Positions 42,687-52,014 of a DNA stretch of 64,000 bases are shown here, piece after piece. Origin of the DNA: Patescibacteria group bacterium (GTDB taxonomy: Bacteria > Patescibacteriota > UBA1384 > GWA2-35-9 > JBASTP01); contig JBASTP010000009.1 of assembly GCA_049274945.1 (NCBI GenBank), forward strand, positions 4,441-68,440, read 5' to 3'. Under the pieces are notes generated by a model. The model had not been told where the DNA came from and ran no database searches. It saw only the letters and a program-made list of their open reading frames with translations. Position 1 is the stretch's first letter. Each line of letters opens with the position of its first letter. The translations under genes were made by a program, and so were the position numbers.

Positions 42687-42962
42687 ATGAAAACCGCCAA
42701 GTTGCCCTCGTTTTTCCAATCAATTTTTTGGGACACCCGGCTTGCAAATATTGACTACAAAAAACATTCCCGCTATGTGATCGAGCGTGTGCTCCAGTGG
42801 GGCAGGCCCCAGCACGTACGCTGGCTACTCGGCCACTATTCGAAACGCATGATTTTGCATGTGGCAAAAACCGGGCGGGAAGTCCGCCCAGAGCGCAAAT
42901 ATTTCTGGAAGTTCTATTTAACTCACCAACGAAAAAAACGAACAAAATTATATGCACACTGA
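42687..42962 (+). CDS. Small basic hypothetical protein, candidate partner (antitoxin/regulator) of the AbiEii-like gene
   Basis: 91-aa ORF directly upstream of, and overlapping by 11 nt, the AbiEii-like gene; no family recognised; AT-rich. Confidence 0.4.
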   Translation: MKTAKLPSFFQSIFWDTRLANIDYKKHSRYVIERVLQWGRPQHVRWLLGHYSKRMILHVAKTGREVRPERKYFWKFYLTHQRKKRTKLYAH

Positions 42963-43575
42963 AGCGCTTGCTCCAAAAACAAAAAAAGCTTTCGAGCTAC
43001 TTGGAACCGTGGAGATGATCCAACAATTTTATTTGGCAGGTGGTACTGCGGCCGCATTATATCTTGGCCATCGGTCCTCCCACGATCTTGATTTTTTTTC
43101 AACTCAAAGATTTGATTCGGAATTACTAAGACTTGAACTCGAAAAGGTAGGGAATCTTGCAATCGAATTCAAAAAAAAAGATACCTTGCTAGGAAAGTTT
43201 AACGGGGTAAAAATTAGTTTTTTTTATTACCCGTACCCCTTGATTCAACCGTTGGCTTACTTTGACTCAGTTGCTATCACCAATCAAAAAGATATTGCAG
43301 CAATGAAAATTAATGCGATTGCTGGTCGCGGGATTAAACGAGATTTCATTGATCTCTACTCACTCATGGAAGCCAATCATTGGCGATTGATTGAAGTAAT
43401 AGCGTGGTTCATGAAAAAATACAAAAAATCAAATTACAACATGGTGCACGTTCTCAATGCGTTAATTTATTTTGAGGATGCTGACAAAACCCCGATTCCA
43501 AAAATGATCACACCGATTGATTGGGGAAAGATTAAAGAATATTTCCGCGATGCGGTCAAAGAAATTGAACTGTAA
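42952..43575 (+). CDS. AbiEii/AbiGii-family nucleotidyltransferase (type IV toxin-antitoxin toxin-like; DUF1814)
   Basis: FYLAGGTAAALYLGHRSSHDLDFFS matches the family hallmark (GGTAL...R.SxDLDF); strongly AT-rich versus flanks. Confidence 0.7.
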   Translation: MHTEALAPKTKKAFELLGTVEMIQQFYLAGGTAAALYLGHRSSHDLDFFSTQRFDSELLRLELEKVGNLAIEFKKKDTLLGKFNGVKISFFYYPYPLIQPLAYFDSVAITNQKDIAAMKINAIAGRGIKRDFIDLYSLMEANHWRLIEVIAWFMKKYKKSNYNMVHVLNALIYFEDADKTPIPKMITPIDWGKIKEYFRDAVKEIEL

Positions 43576-43620
43576 AACCCGCGACGAGCACAACGCGAAC
43601 CGCAGAAGTATGGGGTCTGA
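43574..43620. repeat. Direct repeat 2: degenerate pseudo-copy of the mltG 3' end
   Basis: aaaacccgcgacgagcacaacgcgaaccgcagaagtatggggtctga; a 1-nt deletion breaks the frame. Confidence 0.6.
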
Positions 43621-43664
43621 TCTGCCTTTGACATATTCCTAAATTTTGCTACACTGGCTCTACC

Positions 43665-44708
43665 ATGCTCAACCGTCTGTTCGGTGTTTTTTCTCACGAC
43701 ATGGGTATAGATCTTGGTACAGCCAATACGCTGGTCTATGTGAGGGGAAAAGGGATTGTGATCAACGAGCCGTCCGTGGTGGCGATCAACCAAAAAACCA
43801 AGCAAATTCTGGCGATCGGCGAGGAAGCGCGGAAGATGGTGGGGCGTACGCCGGCCCACATTGTGGCAATTCGACCGCTCGTTGACGGTGTGGTCTCGGA
43901 TTTCGAGGTGACCCAAGAGATGCTCAAATATTTTATCGGTAAAGTGCACGACGAACGCTTTTCTTTGTTTCCCCGCCCCCGCGTCGTGATTGGCATTCCC
44001 TATGGCGTTACCGAGGTGGAGCGCCGTGCGGTGGAAGAAGCGGCCATCAATGCCGGCGCCCGCGAGGTATTCCTCATTGAGGAACCGCTTGCCGCGGCGA
44101 TCGGCGCGCGGTTGCCGGTACAGGAAGCTGGTGGCTCTTTTATTGTGGACATTGGCGGCGGTACCACCGAGGTAGCGGTGATCTCGCTCGGCGGCGTGGT
44201 GGCAAGCCGCTCAATCCGGATCGCCGGCGATGAAATGGACCAAGACATTATCACTTTTGCCCGCGACCAGTACAATTTGCTGCTCGGTGAAAAAACGGCC
44301 GAGGGCATCAAGATTGCAATCGGTTCTGCCATTCCGTTGCAAGAAAAACTTGAAACGGTGATGCGGGGTCGCGACTTGGTGCTCGGACTGCCTAAAGAAG
44401 TTTCCGTGAGCTCGGATGAGATCCGCAAAGCGCTTTCCCGTTCGGTTACGACGATCGTTGACGCCGTAAAAAACACGCTTGAGGAAACGCCGCCCGAACT
44501 CGTGGCGGACATTATGCAACGGGGAATCGTGCTGGCCGGCGGCGGTGCGCTCCTGCGCGGCCTTGATAAATTGATCAAACAAGCAACCCAGATTGATGTT
44601 CATATCGCCGATGATCCGCTCACGGCCGTGGTGCGGGGAACCGGGTTAGTGCTCGAGGATCTCGATAGTCTCCGCGAAGTATTACTGCCCACGGAGTTTG
44701 CTCGTTAG
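43665..44708 (+). CDS. mreB: Rod shape-determining protein MreB
   Basis: GIDLGTANTLVYVRGKGIVINEPSVVAI; DIGGGTTEVAVISLGG; VLAGGGALLRGLDK. Confidence 0.9.
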   Translation: MLNRLFGVFSHDMGIDLGTANTLVYVRGKGIVINEPSVVAINQKTKQILAIGEEARKMVGRTPAHIVAIRPLVDGVVSDFEVTQEMLKYFIGKVHDERFSLFPRPRVVIGIPYGVTEVERRAVEEAAINAGAREVFLIEEPLAAAIGARLPVQEAGGSFIVDIGGGTTEVAVISLGGVVASRSIRIAGDEMDQDIITFARDQYNLLLGEKTAEGIKIAIGSAIPLQEKLETVMRGRDLVLGLPKEVSVSSDEIRKALSRSVTTIVDAVKNTLEETPPELVADIMQRGIVLAGGGALLRGLDKLIKQATQIDVHIADDPLTAVVRGTGLVLEDLDSLREVLLPTEFAR

Positions 44709-44711
44709 GCT

Positions 44712-45494
44712 ATGGGCCGCCCGCAGCTTATTGCTATTTTGATCGTAATTGCCGTCACGGCCGCTGTTGCTCCGGCCTCAGTGGGGCTTAATATCAAACG
44801 ATCCGGGCAACGGGTCGTTACTCCGCTTACCCGGCCTTTTGCGCAGGGCTATGCGAGCGTAGCTTCTTTTTTTCATGCCATTGCAATATTGGGATCGATC
44901 ATTCCCCAGTCAAACGATCTCAAGCGCGAGAACTTGCAACTCCAGGCGCGTCTTAGTGAGCTTGAAGAGGTGGTACGTGAAAATGATACGCTCCGCCGCG
45001 AGCTTGCTGCGCGTGAGGCTGCCAAGGAGCGGAAATTCCTCTCTGCCCAGGTGGTTGGCCATTCGTCGGTTAAATTTGTGCCGGAGCTCGTGATCGATCG
45101 AGGTGCACGCGATGGGGTAGCCCACTATCAGCCCGTCCTCGTTGCCGGCCAGCTTATTGGGGTAGTGGTGGATGCCGGTGAAACCACTGCTACGGTGCGG
45201 CTCATTACCGCCCACAATTCGGTGGTTCCGGTAATCCTTGCTAACTCCCGGGCAACCGGTTTGCTGCGCGGTGGCTTGCGTGGGCTAGTGGTGGAAGATT
45301 TGCCGACCGATGTCGAGGTACACCCCGGCGAGCCGGTGGTTACCGAAAAGATCAGCCCGTTTGAATATAAGGGGATCCAAGTTGGGACGATGGAGAAGGT
45401 GGTCAGTTCGCAGTCCGAAATTTTCCAGGTGGTTTCGGTTAACTCACCCATTGATTTCACTACGATCAGTTTTGTAACGGTGGTTATCCAATGA
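44712..45494 (+). CDS. mreC: Rod shape-determining protein MreC
   Basis: N-terminal TM, coiled coil (LKRENLQLQARLSELEE), beta-rich C-domain; position after mreB. Confidence 0.8.
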   Translation: MGRPQLIAILIVIAVTAAVAPASVGLNIKRSGQRVVTPLTRPFAQGYASVASFFHAIAILGSIIPQSNDLKRENLQLQARLSELEEVVRENDTLRRELAAREAAKERKFLSAQVVGHSSVKFVPELVIDRGARDGVAHYQPVLVAGQLIGVVVDAGETTATVRLITAHNSVVPVILANSRATGLLRGGLRGLVVEDLPTDVEVHPGEPVVTEKISPFEYKGIQVGTMEKVVSSQSEIFQVVSVNSPIDFTTISFVTVVIQ

Positions 45495-45922
45495 GTTTTT
45501 TACCATTCATTCTTGGACTAGCTGGTGGACTCCTGGGAGGGAGCCTGCCTGTCGCGATTCATACAATGCTTATTATACCGGCTTGGTACCTTGCTCACGA
45601 CAGGGTGCAGGAAGCGCTGCTTTGTGCGTTTGTTGGCGGCCTTGCCGCGGAGATATTTTCGCCCTGGCGGTTTGGCATGCTCACCATAGCCACCCTCGCA
45701 AGTGTTCTGATTACCCAGGTGATAATTACCCGGGTGCTCTCAGTTTCGGGAACCTTGCGATTGGTAGTTTCACTCCTCCTTCTCACCACTATTTTTTCGC
45801 TACCGGCCTCACTGGTAGCCGAGGGCTACCGGCTCCTCCCTATGAGTATCTTGCTCACCACCGCAGTTGGTTTTGTACTATTAGGATTATATGACGTTCG
45901 AAGACGACGGCTATATAGCTGA
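45491..45922 (+). CDS. mreD: Rod shape-determining protein MreD (by position and multi-TM topology)
   Basis: 143-aa polytopic membrane protein, ATGA-coupled to mreC, upstream of PBP2. Confidence 0.55.
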   Translation: MSFLPFILGLAGGLLGGSLPVAIHTMLIIPAWYLAHDRVQEALLCAFVGGLAAEIFSPWRFGMLTIATLASVLITQVIITRVLSVSGTLRLVVSLLLLTTIFSLPASLVAEGYRLLPMSILLTTAVGFVLLGLYDVRRRRLYS

Positions 45923-47690
45923 ATACGACCCGGCCGAATTTTTCGGCCGGGCTACCGCCGCTACCCCCTTTATGGTGGCGAGTTGGGTTATGATCGTCGT
46001 GTTTTTGATTGCGTTCGGGCGGCTGGTTGATCTCCAGATTGTCAAAGGTGCCAAAAATTTCTTTCTGGCAGAAGGTAACCGGGTGCGGGAGACTCCTATT
46101 ATCGCGCCGCGCGGTATTTTCCTTGATAGGAGCGGCGAGCCAATTATCAAAAATGTGGTGCGCTATTCGCTTGCCGTAATACCGGCAGATCTGCCGCGTG
46201 ATAAAGACAGCCGGGACAGTATCCTTACTAAGATTGCGGACGCAACTTCTATAAAGCGATCGCAGATTGATGGTCAATTTAAGGACGTTAACCGCGCAAG
46301 TTTCGACCCCGTCACCGTTGCTGATAATTTGAACAAAGAAGACGCCCTGCGCCTCGAGATTTTTTTCGGCGAGCAACCCGGAGTGATCATACAAAAAATT
46401 CCAACCCGTCAGTATGAGGATGCAGGTTTTGCGCACCTTGTTGGTACCATTGGAAAAATTTCGAAACCCGAACTCCTTAAACGACCTGACTATCGAATTA
46501 CCGACTGGATTGGTAAATCAGGCCTTGAACTGGTCTATGAAGATAAGCTTAGGGGCCACCATGGCGGCACCAAGGTGGAGGTAAATGCCAAGGGTTCGGT
46601 TGTTCGATTGATCGGCGAGGTACGGCCGGAGCGGGGTGAGGATCTTAGGCTCACCGTCGACCGTAATTTGCAGAAAGCCGGCATGGAAGCGCTCGCGAAA
46701 GTGGCGCCGAAGGGCGGCGCGCTCGTTGCCATGAATCCAAAAACCGGCGAAATTTTGGCCCTTGGTTCATTTCCCGAGTTCGATGCTAATGCCATTATCG
46801 GCGGCGACGAACCTACGATCACCAGTGTATTTAACGATGCTCGCCGGCCGCTCATTAATCGAGCGATTGCTGCCGCGTTTCCTTCGGGTTCCACCATTAA
46901 GCCATTGTGGGCGACTGCGGCGCTTTCGGAACATACGATTACCGAGAACACCAAACTCGATACTTCCGCGGGATCGATCAGAATTGGCGAGTTCGTTTTT
47001 GAAGATTGGAAAACCCACGTCACAAGTGACGTCAGGCAAGCAATCGCCGAATCGAATAACATTTTTTTCTATGCGGTGGCCGGCGGTTACCAAAACATCA
47101 AAGGGCTTGGTCCGGACAAAATGAACGAGTGGGCAAAACGTTTTGGCTTGGGGGCCGATACTGGCATTGATTTGCCGGGCGAGGTGGCCGGTTTCGTTCC
47201 CTCGGCCGAGTGGAAAAAGCGCACCACCGGTGAGCGGTGGTTCGTGGGGGATAGTTACAACCTTGGGATTGGCCAAGGTAACTTGCTCATTACGCCGCTC
47301 CAGCTTACCCGCGCGGTAGCTGCTATTACTACCGGTAAGCTGGCTCGGCCCTATATTCTTTCCGGTACCCAGGCAGAGTTTAAGGAACTTGATGCTAGGC
47401 CGGAAGTGCTTGCCACGGTACGAGAAGGCATGCGGCTGGCGGTAACCTCTGGCTCAGGGAGGCAGCTTAGCGATTTCAAAGACAAAAACGGCTCTCCGGT
47501 TGAAGCCGCCGCAAAGACGGGAACTGCCCAAGCTGGCAAGGGTGACAAAACCCACGGGTGGATGGTGGCGTTCGCGCCATACCGTGATCCGGAGATCGTA
47601 GTAGTGGCGTTTGCCGAAGAAGGCGGCGAGGGCCACGCCACCGCCGGACCAGTGATAAAAGCCATGCTTGAGCAGTGGTTCAAGCGGTGA
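45891..47690 (+). CDS. mrdA: Penicillin-binding protein 2 (class B transpeptidase)
   Basis: SGSTIKP (SxxK), ESNN (SxN), KTGTAQ (KTG); N-terminal TM. Confidence 0.85.
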   Translation: MTFEDDGYIAEYDPAEFFGRATAATPFMVASWVMIVVFLIAFGRLVDLQIVKGAKNFFLAEGNRVRETPIIAPRGIFLDRSGEPIIKNVVRYSLAVIPADLPRDKDSRDSILTKIADATSIKRSQIDGQFKDVNRASFDPVTVADNLNKEDALRLEIFFGEQPGVIIQKIPTRQYEDAGFAHLVGTIGKISKPELLKRPDYRITDWIGKSGLELVYEDKLRGHHGGTKVEVNAKGSVVRLIGEVRPERGEDLRLTVDRNLQKAGMEALAKVAPKGGALVAMNPKTGEILALGSFPEFDANAIIGGDEPTITSVFNDARRPLINRAIAAAFPSGSTIKPLWATAALSEHTITENTKLDTSAGSIRIGEFVFEDWKTHVTSDVRQAIAESNNIFFYAVAGGYQNIKGLGPDKMNEWAKRFGLGADTGIDLPGEVAGFVPSAEWKKRTTGERWFVGDSYNLGIGQGNLLITPLQLTRAVAAITTGKLARPYILSGTQAEFKELDARPEVLATVREGMRLAVTSGSGRQLSDFKDKNGSPVEAAAKTGTAQAGKGDKTHGWMVAFAPYRDPEIVVVAFAEEGGEGHATAGPVIKAMLEQWFKR

Positions 47691-47850
47691 GGTATTTTAG
47701 ACGCCTCCGTCGGGCATGGCTGCGCGCCCGCCTACCGGCAGGCAGGCGTCGGGTCCCGTCGCCACCAGGCTCCTCGCGCCAACGTGCTCGCCAAAGCCTC
47801 TCCGTCGGCTATAAATGCTTTAATAATAGGGTATTGGGTATTGACAACTA

Positions 47851-47879
47851 TTTTTTTTTGCCCATAATCAACACATAAG
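47851..47879 (+). promoter_or_regulatory. Sigma70-like promoter upstream of greA (TTGACA-17-ATAATC)
   Basis: Near-consensus -35 and -10 hexamers; the transcript would begin with the double-hairpin element. Confidence 0.45.
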
Positions 47880-47932
47880 CCCCGACGTAAAGTCGGGGTC
47901 CCGACCCCCGATTGAAGATCCGGGCGTCGGGA
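47878..47932. repeat. Double-hairpin palindromic element, copy B, in the greA leader
   Basis: CCCCGAC-gtaaa-GTCGGGG then TCCCGAC-20-nt loop-GTCGGGA; same stems as 14457..14512. Confidence 0.5.
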
Positions 47933-47960
47933 TATTCGTAAAAGTAGACATAATTTTCCA

Positions 47961-48419
47961 ATGAAAACAGTCGTTATTTCTCAATCAGGATTGGATAAAC
48001 TCAAGGAAGAAGTCCAAAATCTCAAGCAGGTGCGCCGGCCCGAGATAATCGGAAGGATCGCCCAGGCGCGCGAGTACGGCGATCTTTCAGAGAACGCCGA
48101 GTACGAGGATGCCCGCAATGAACAGTCGTTTATCGAAGGGCGGATTCAAGAGCTCGAGGATATGATCAAGCATGCTCAGGTGGTGGCGAAAGCATCGGGA
48201 AACGGGCACGTTACCATTGGTTCTACGGTCAAGGTAAAACTTGACGGGAAGCCCATGACTTTTACTCTCGTAGGATCGCAAGAGGTTGATCCTGCAACCG
48301 GAAAAATCTCAATTGAGTCACCAATCGGTAAGGCGCTCCTTGGCCACAGGGTAGGGGAGACGGTTGAGGTAGAGGTCCCCGCGGGCAAGACCCGCTACCA
48401 GATCCTTTCGATCTCGTGA
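47961..48419 (+). CDS. greA: Transcription elongation factor GreA
   Basis: ISQSGLDKLKEEVQNLKQVRRPEI...EYGDLSENAEYEDARNEQSFIEGRIQELE. Confidence 0.9.
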   Translation: MKTVVISQSGLDKLKEEVQNLKQVRRPEIIGRIAQAREYGDLSENAEYEDARNEQSFIEGRIQELEDMIKHAQVVAKASGNGHVTIGSTVKVKLDGKPMTFTLVGSQEVDPATGKISIESPIGKALLGHRVGETVEVEVPAGKTRYQILSIS

Positions 48420-48425
48420 TACGAT

Positions 48426-48484
48426 AGTAGTCAGGAGTACCAAACAAAAACCCCTGACTACTTGTTCCCTGACTACTGACTACT
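48426..48484. repeat. Hairpin (agtagtcagg / cctgactact) followed by tandem CTGACTACT repeats between greA and lysK
   Basis: cctgactact-tgttc-cctgactact-gactact; 10-bp stem with a 17-nt loop. Confidence 0.4.
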
Positions 48485-48490
48485 ATTATT

Positions 48491-49987
48491 ATGTCATTCT
48501 GGCCAGAGTATCACGCTAACCAAATTTTAAAAGAGCGAGGCAATAAGCTCGTTTTCGCAACCGGCATTACGCCGTCGGGGCCCATTCATATTGGTAATCT
48601 GCGTGAAATCCTGACGGCTGATTTTGTGGTGAAAGCGCTCGCTGATAAGGCAAAAATTACGTTCTACTATATTGCCGATGATTTTGATCCGCTGCGTAAG
48701 GTCTACCCCTTTTTAGACAAAAGCTACGAGGCTCATATTGGCAAACCATATTTTTTGATTCCTTGCCCATGCGGTAAGCACGCCTCGTACGCTGATCATT
48801 TTATGGCGCCGTTTTTAACGGCCATCAAAGAATTGGGAGTTGTAGCTAAGCTGCTACTGGTCTCGGAGCTCTACCACAGCGGCCGGTATACCGACGCAAT
48901 CATCAAGGTCATCGAGGGGCGCGAAAAAATCAAAGCAATTTTAGAAGAAACTTCGCAGCGGAAAATCGAGGAAGGGTGGTTTCCCTTTAACCCACTCTGT
49001 CGTGGCTGCCAAAAACTGCGCGGCAAGGTTACTGATTTCGATCTTACAAACCACACGGTGAGTTTTAAGTGCCCTGATTGCGGCGATAGGGGAGTAGCTG
49101 ATTTTTCCAAAGGTGAAGGTAAGCTCCCGTGGCGCATTGACTGGCCGGCCCGCTGGTGGATGCTCGGCGTCAATGTTGAACCGTCTGGCAAGGATCATGC
49201 CTCGCCGGGCGGCAGTTATGAAACAGGGGAGCGGATTGCCAAAGAAATTTTTGACTCCCCTGCCCCCTACCCTATCGTTTACGAGCGGGTCCACCTGCGC
49301 GGCGAAGGGGCGATGCATTCCTCTACCGGGCTGGCGATCGAGGCTTCGGAGATTCTGAAAGCAGTCTCCCCTACCGTCATTCGTTATTTTTTCGCTCGCT
49401 CACAATCGGAGCGCCACATTAATTTTGATCCCGGCGAGGGAGTGATCCAACTCTATGATGAGTACCGCACCCTCAAACCGTCCGATCCTGCCTACAAAAT
49501 TGCCACCGTCGAACCGTTGCCCGATGTCCCCTACCGCCACCTCGTGATGATCTACCAGGCTTCAGCAAAAAATACGGACACGGTACTCGAGGCACTTAAG
49601 CGAACTGATCATGGCGTGAAAGATACGAAAACCCTTGAGCCATTACTCAAAAGAATTGACGTGTGGCTTGAACAGTACGCGCCGGAGCGCTATAAGTTCA
49701 CCGTGCAAAAAGTACTACCCTCTGGTGCGAAAACACTCTCAGCCGAGCAAAAGCATTTTCTTAATCAGCTGCTTACTTTGGTTGAATCGAAAAAGGCCTG
49801 GACCGGTGAAGATTTACATGCCAAGATTCACGATCTTCGTAAAGGACAGGATATACCGCCAAAAGAGGCGTTTGCGGCCATTTACCAAATTTTTCTTGGG
49901 CAGGATTCCGGCCCCCAGGTGGGTTGGTTTTTGGCAGCCATGGATAGGGCGTTTGTGATCGAACGATTACAACAGGCGACAAAATAA
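48491..49987 (+). CDS. lysK: Lysine--tRNA ligase, class I (archaeal-type LysK)
   Basis: ATGITPSGPIHIGNLREILTADFV matches the class-I LysRS HIGH region (Pyrococcus SGITPSGYVHVGNFRE); zinc-knuckle CRGC...CPDCG insertion. Confidence 0.75.
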   Translation: MSFWPEYHANQILKERGNKLVFATGITPSGPIHIGNLREILTADFVVKALADKAKITFYYIADDFDPLRKVYPFLDKSYEAHIGKPYFLIPCPCGKHASYADHFMAPFLTAIKELGVVAKLLLVSELYHSGRYTDAIIKVIEGREKIKAILEETSQRKIEEGWFPFNPLCRGCQKLRGKVTDFDLTNHTVSFKCPDCGDRGVADFSKGEGKLPWRIDWPARWWMLGVNVEPSGKDHASPGGSYETGERIAKEIFDSPAPYPIVYERVHLRGEGAMHSSTGLAIEASEILKAVSPTVIRYFFARSQSERHINFDPGEGVIQLYDEYRTLKPSDPAYKIATVEPLPDVPYRHLVMIYQASAKNTDTVLEALKRTDHGVKDTKTLEPLLKRIDVWLEQYAPERYKFTVQKVLPSGAKTLSAEQKHFLNQLLTLVESKKAWTGEDLHAKIHDLRKGQDIPPKEAFAAIYQIFLGQDSGPQVGWFLAAMDRAFVIERLQQATK

Positions 49988-50008
49988 AAATAGATAAAAA
50001 ATTAAAAA

Positions 50009-50070
50009 TTATCTTATCGACTTATATACACGATCGCTTCAATAAGTCGATATAGGAAAATAGGATAAGT
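50009..50070. promoter_or_regulatory. Nested palindrome (CTTATC-GACTTAT ... ATAAGTC-GATA ... GATAAG) centred on CGATCG upstream of the PaaX-like gene; candidate operator
   Basis: TATCGACTTAT (50015..50025) and ATAAGTCGATA (50042..50052) are an 11-bp inverted repeat; outer CTTATC/GATAAG arms. Confidence 0.4.
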
Positions 50071-50074
50071 TATA

Positions 50075-50728
50075 GTGCCAGTCGAGAAAAAGCAAATCTA
50101 TCGGCAACTGGGCGTCGTATCGGTAAAATTATTATTGCTATCGCTCTTTGATGTTGCGGCACTCTTCGGAAGTTTGGATCATAGAAAACGGTATGCTCGA
50201 GCATATGACGAATATTTAACGTGGCGAGCCAAGGATTATCGCCGTTTTTATCGCCTTGTCTATCGTTTAAAAACCGCGGGGCTTATAGCAACGTATCAAG
50301 AAGGTAAACAACGATTCATAGAGTTGACACCCGAAGGAAAGCGAAAAATTGTCCACTACCTTTTTGAAGATGGGAAAGTGCCGTTGCCCAAGTCGTGGGA
50401 CGGTAAATGGCGCGTCGTAGTGTTCGACATACCGGAAAGTCAAAAGCCAGTCCGTGATGCGGTGCGCCAGTTACTCAATCGGGTTGGATTTTACCAACTG
50501 CAGCGGAGTGTTTATATCTATCCTCATGACTGCGTAGGAATTATCCGATACCTCGAACAGATCTATGATATTAACGAATATGTTCAGTTCATGGTTGCCG
50601 AACGGGTAGAAACTGAAGAAGACCTCATTGCTTTATTCCATGATCGGGGGATTATTAAACGAATAGTAAAGCTATCTGGTAAAAATAAATTAGGCAATAA
50701 CGAATCGACATATAGAAACGATCGCTGA
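50075..50728 (+). CDS. PaaX-like winged-helix regulator (Cas2-like C-terminal fold)
   Basis: WDGKWRVVVFDIPESQKPVRDAVRQLLNRVGFYQLQRSVYIYPHD matches the PaaX C-terminal domain. Confidence 0.6.
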   Translation: MPVEKKQIYRQLGVVSVKLLLLSLFDVAALFGSLDHRKRYARAYDEYLTWRAKDYRRFYRLVYRLKTAGLIATYQEGKQRFIELTPEGKRKIVHYLFEDGKVPLPKSWDGKWRVVVFDIPESQKPVRDAVRQLLNRVGFYQLQRSVYIYPHDCVGIIRYLEQIYDINEYVQFMVAERVETEEDLIALFHDRGIIKRIVKLSGKNKLGNNESTYRNDR

Positions 50729-50790
50729 AATAGGTCGATAAGCGGCTAAGATTGGTTGGAATGACCTAATCGGTTTGGTATACTTGAGCA

Positions 50791-52014
50791 ATGGTAGACA
50801 TCAAATTTATCCGAGACAATACTGAGCTAGTCAAGAAAGCACTCGCCAAAAAACATACAGTGTTTGATGTTGAAAAGCTGCTCAAGCTCGATGAGGTCCG
50901 CAAAGCAGCGCTTGCTGAAGTCGAAGCCATCCGCCATAAACTCAACGAAGCTGCCAAGGCTAAAGATCAAAAAGAAGGTAAACTTATCAAAGAAGCCCTC
51001 AAAAAAGCAGAAAGCCGTTTACAGGAAGCAGAGCACGCTTTTAACAATTTGGCAGTTCAATTTCATAACATTCCCCACGAAAGCGTGCCGAGTCAAGATC
51101 AAGGTAACAAGACGGTTGGCACTTGGGGCGCAGAACAGAACTTCGATTTCAAACCAAAAGATCACCTCGAACTTGGCGAGGCGCTCGATCTTATTGATGT
51201 TAAGCGGGCGGCGAAAGTTTCCGGCACGCGGTTTGGTTATCTCAAAAACCAGGCAGTTGAGCTCGAGTTTGCTTTGATACGCTGGGTTTTTGAAAAACTT
51301 ACTAACAAGGGATTTACGCTAATGGTTCCTCCGGTGCTCGTGCGAGAGCAGGCAATGTTTGGCACTGGATTTTTCCCCACGGAAAAAGAAGAATATTACA
51401 AAACTGCCACCGATGATTTGTATCTAGCGGGTACATCAGAGGTGCCGCTCGCTTCCTACCATGCCCAAGAAGTGCTCAATCAAAACTCGCTACCAATGAA
51501 GTATGCGGGGTTCTCAACATCGTTCCGGCGTGAAGCTGGCAGTTATGGCAAGGACACGCGCGGGATCTTTCGAGTTCATCAATTCGATAAAATTGAAATG
51601 TTTGTGTATGCCGATCCCGCTAAATCTTGGGATGAGTTTGAAGCCCTCTCCGAGATCTCAAAAGAAATATTTAGCGAACTCGGGTTGCATTTTCGCCAGG
51701 TGGTAATGAGTGGCGGCGAACTTGGTGCGCCCAATGCCAAAAAATATGATTTTGAGGTTTGGATTCCCTCGTACAACGATTTTCGTGAACTCGCCTCATG
51801 CTCGAATGATACTGATTTTCAGGCGCGTCGGTTGGATATTAAGTTTCGTGACAAATCAGGAAACACTAGCTACGTCCATACGCTAAACAATACCGCCCTG
51901 GCCATCGGCCGCACCCTTGTGGCAATTATTGAACACTATCAGCAAAAAGATGGCTCGGTCAAAGTACCGCAGGTTTTGCATAAGTATCTCTCATTTACTG
52001 AGATCAAAAAGTGA
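50791..52014 (+). CDS. serS: Serine--tRNA ligase
   Basis: N-terminal coiled-coil arm (MVDIKFIRDNTELVKKALAKK...); class II motifs FRREAGSYGKDTRGIFRVHQFDKIE and GELGAPNAKKYDFEVWIP. Confidence 0.9.
   Translation: MVDIKFIRDNTELVKKALAKKHTVFDVEKLLKLDEVRKAALAEVEAIRHKLNEAAKAKDQKEGKLIKEALKKAESRLQEAEHAFNNLAVQFHNIPHESVPSQDQGNKTVGTWGAEQNFDFKPKDHLELGEALDLIDVKRAAKVSGTRFGYLKNQAVELEFALIRWVFEKLTNKGFTLMVPPVLVREQAMFGTGFFPTEKEEYYKTATDDLYLAGTSEVPLASYHAQEVLNQNSLPMKYAGFSTSFRREAGSYGKDTRGIFRVHQFDKIEMFVYADPAKSWDEFEALSEISKEIFSELGLHFRQVVMSGGELGAPNAKKYDFEVWIPSYNDFRELASCSNDTDFQARRLDIKFRDKSGNTSYVHTLNNTALAIGRTLVAIIEHYQQKDGSVKVPQVLHKYLSFTEIKK

Noticed and set aside
42685-42957. Minus-strand 90-aa ORF mirroring 42687..42962
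   Set aside because: The + strand ORF is co-oriented with, and ATG-overlaps, the AbiEii-like gene; the minus-strand reading has no support
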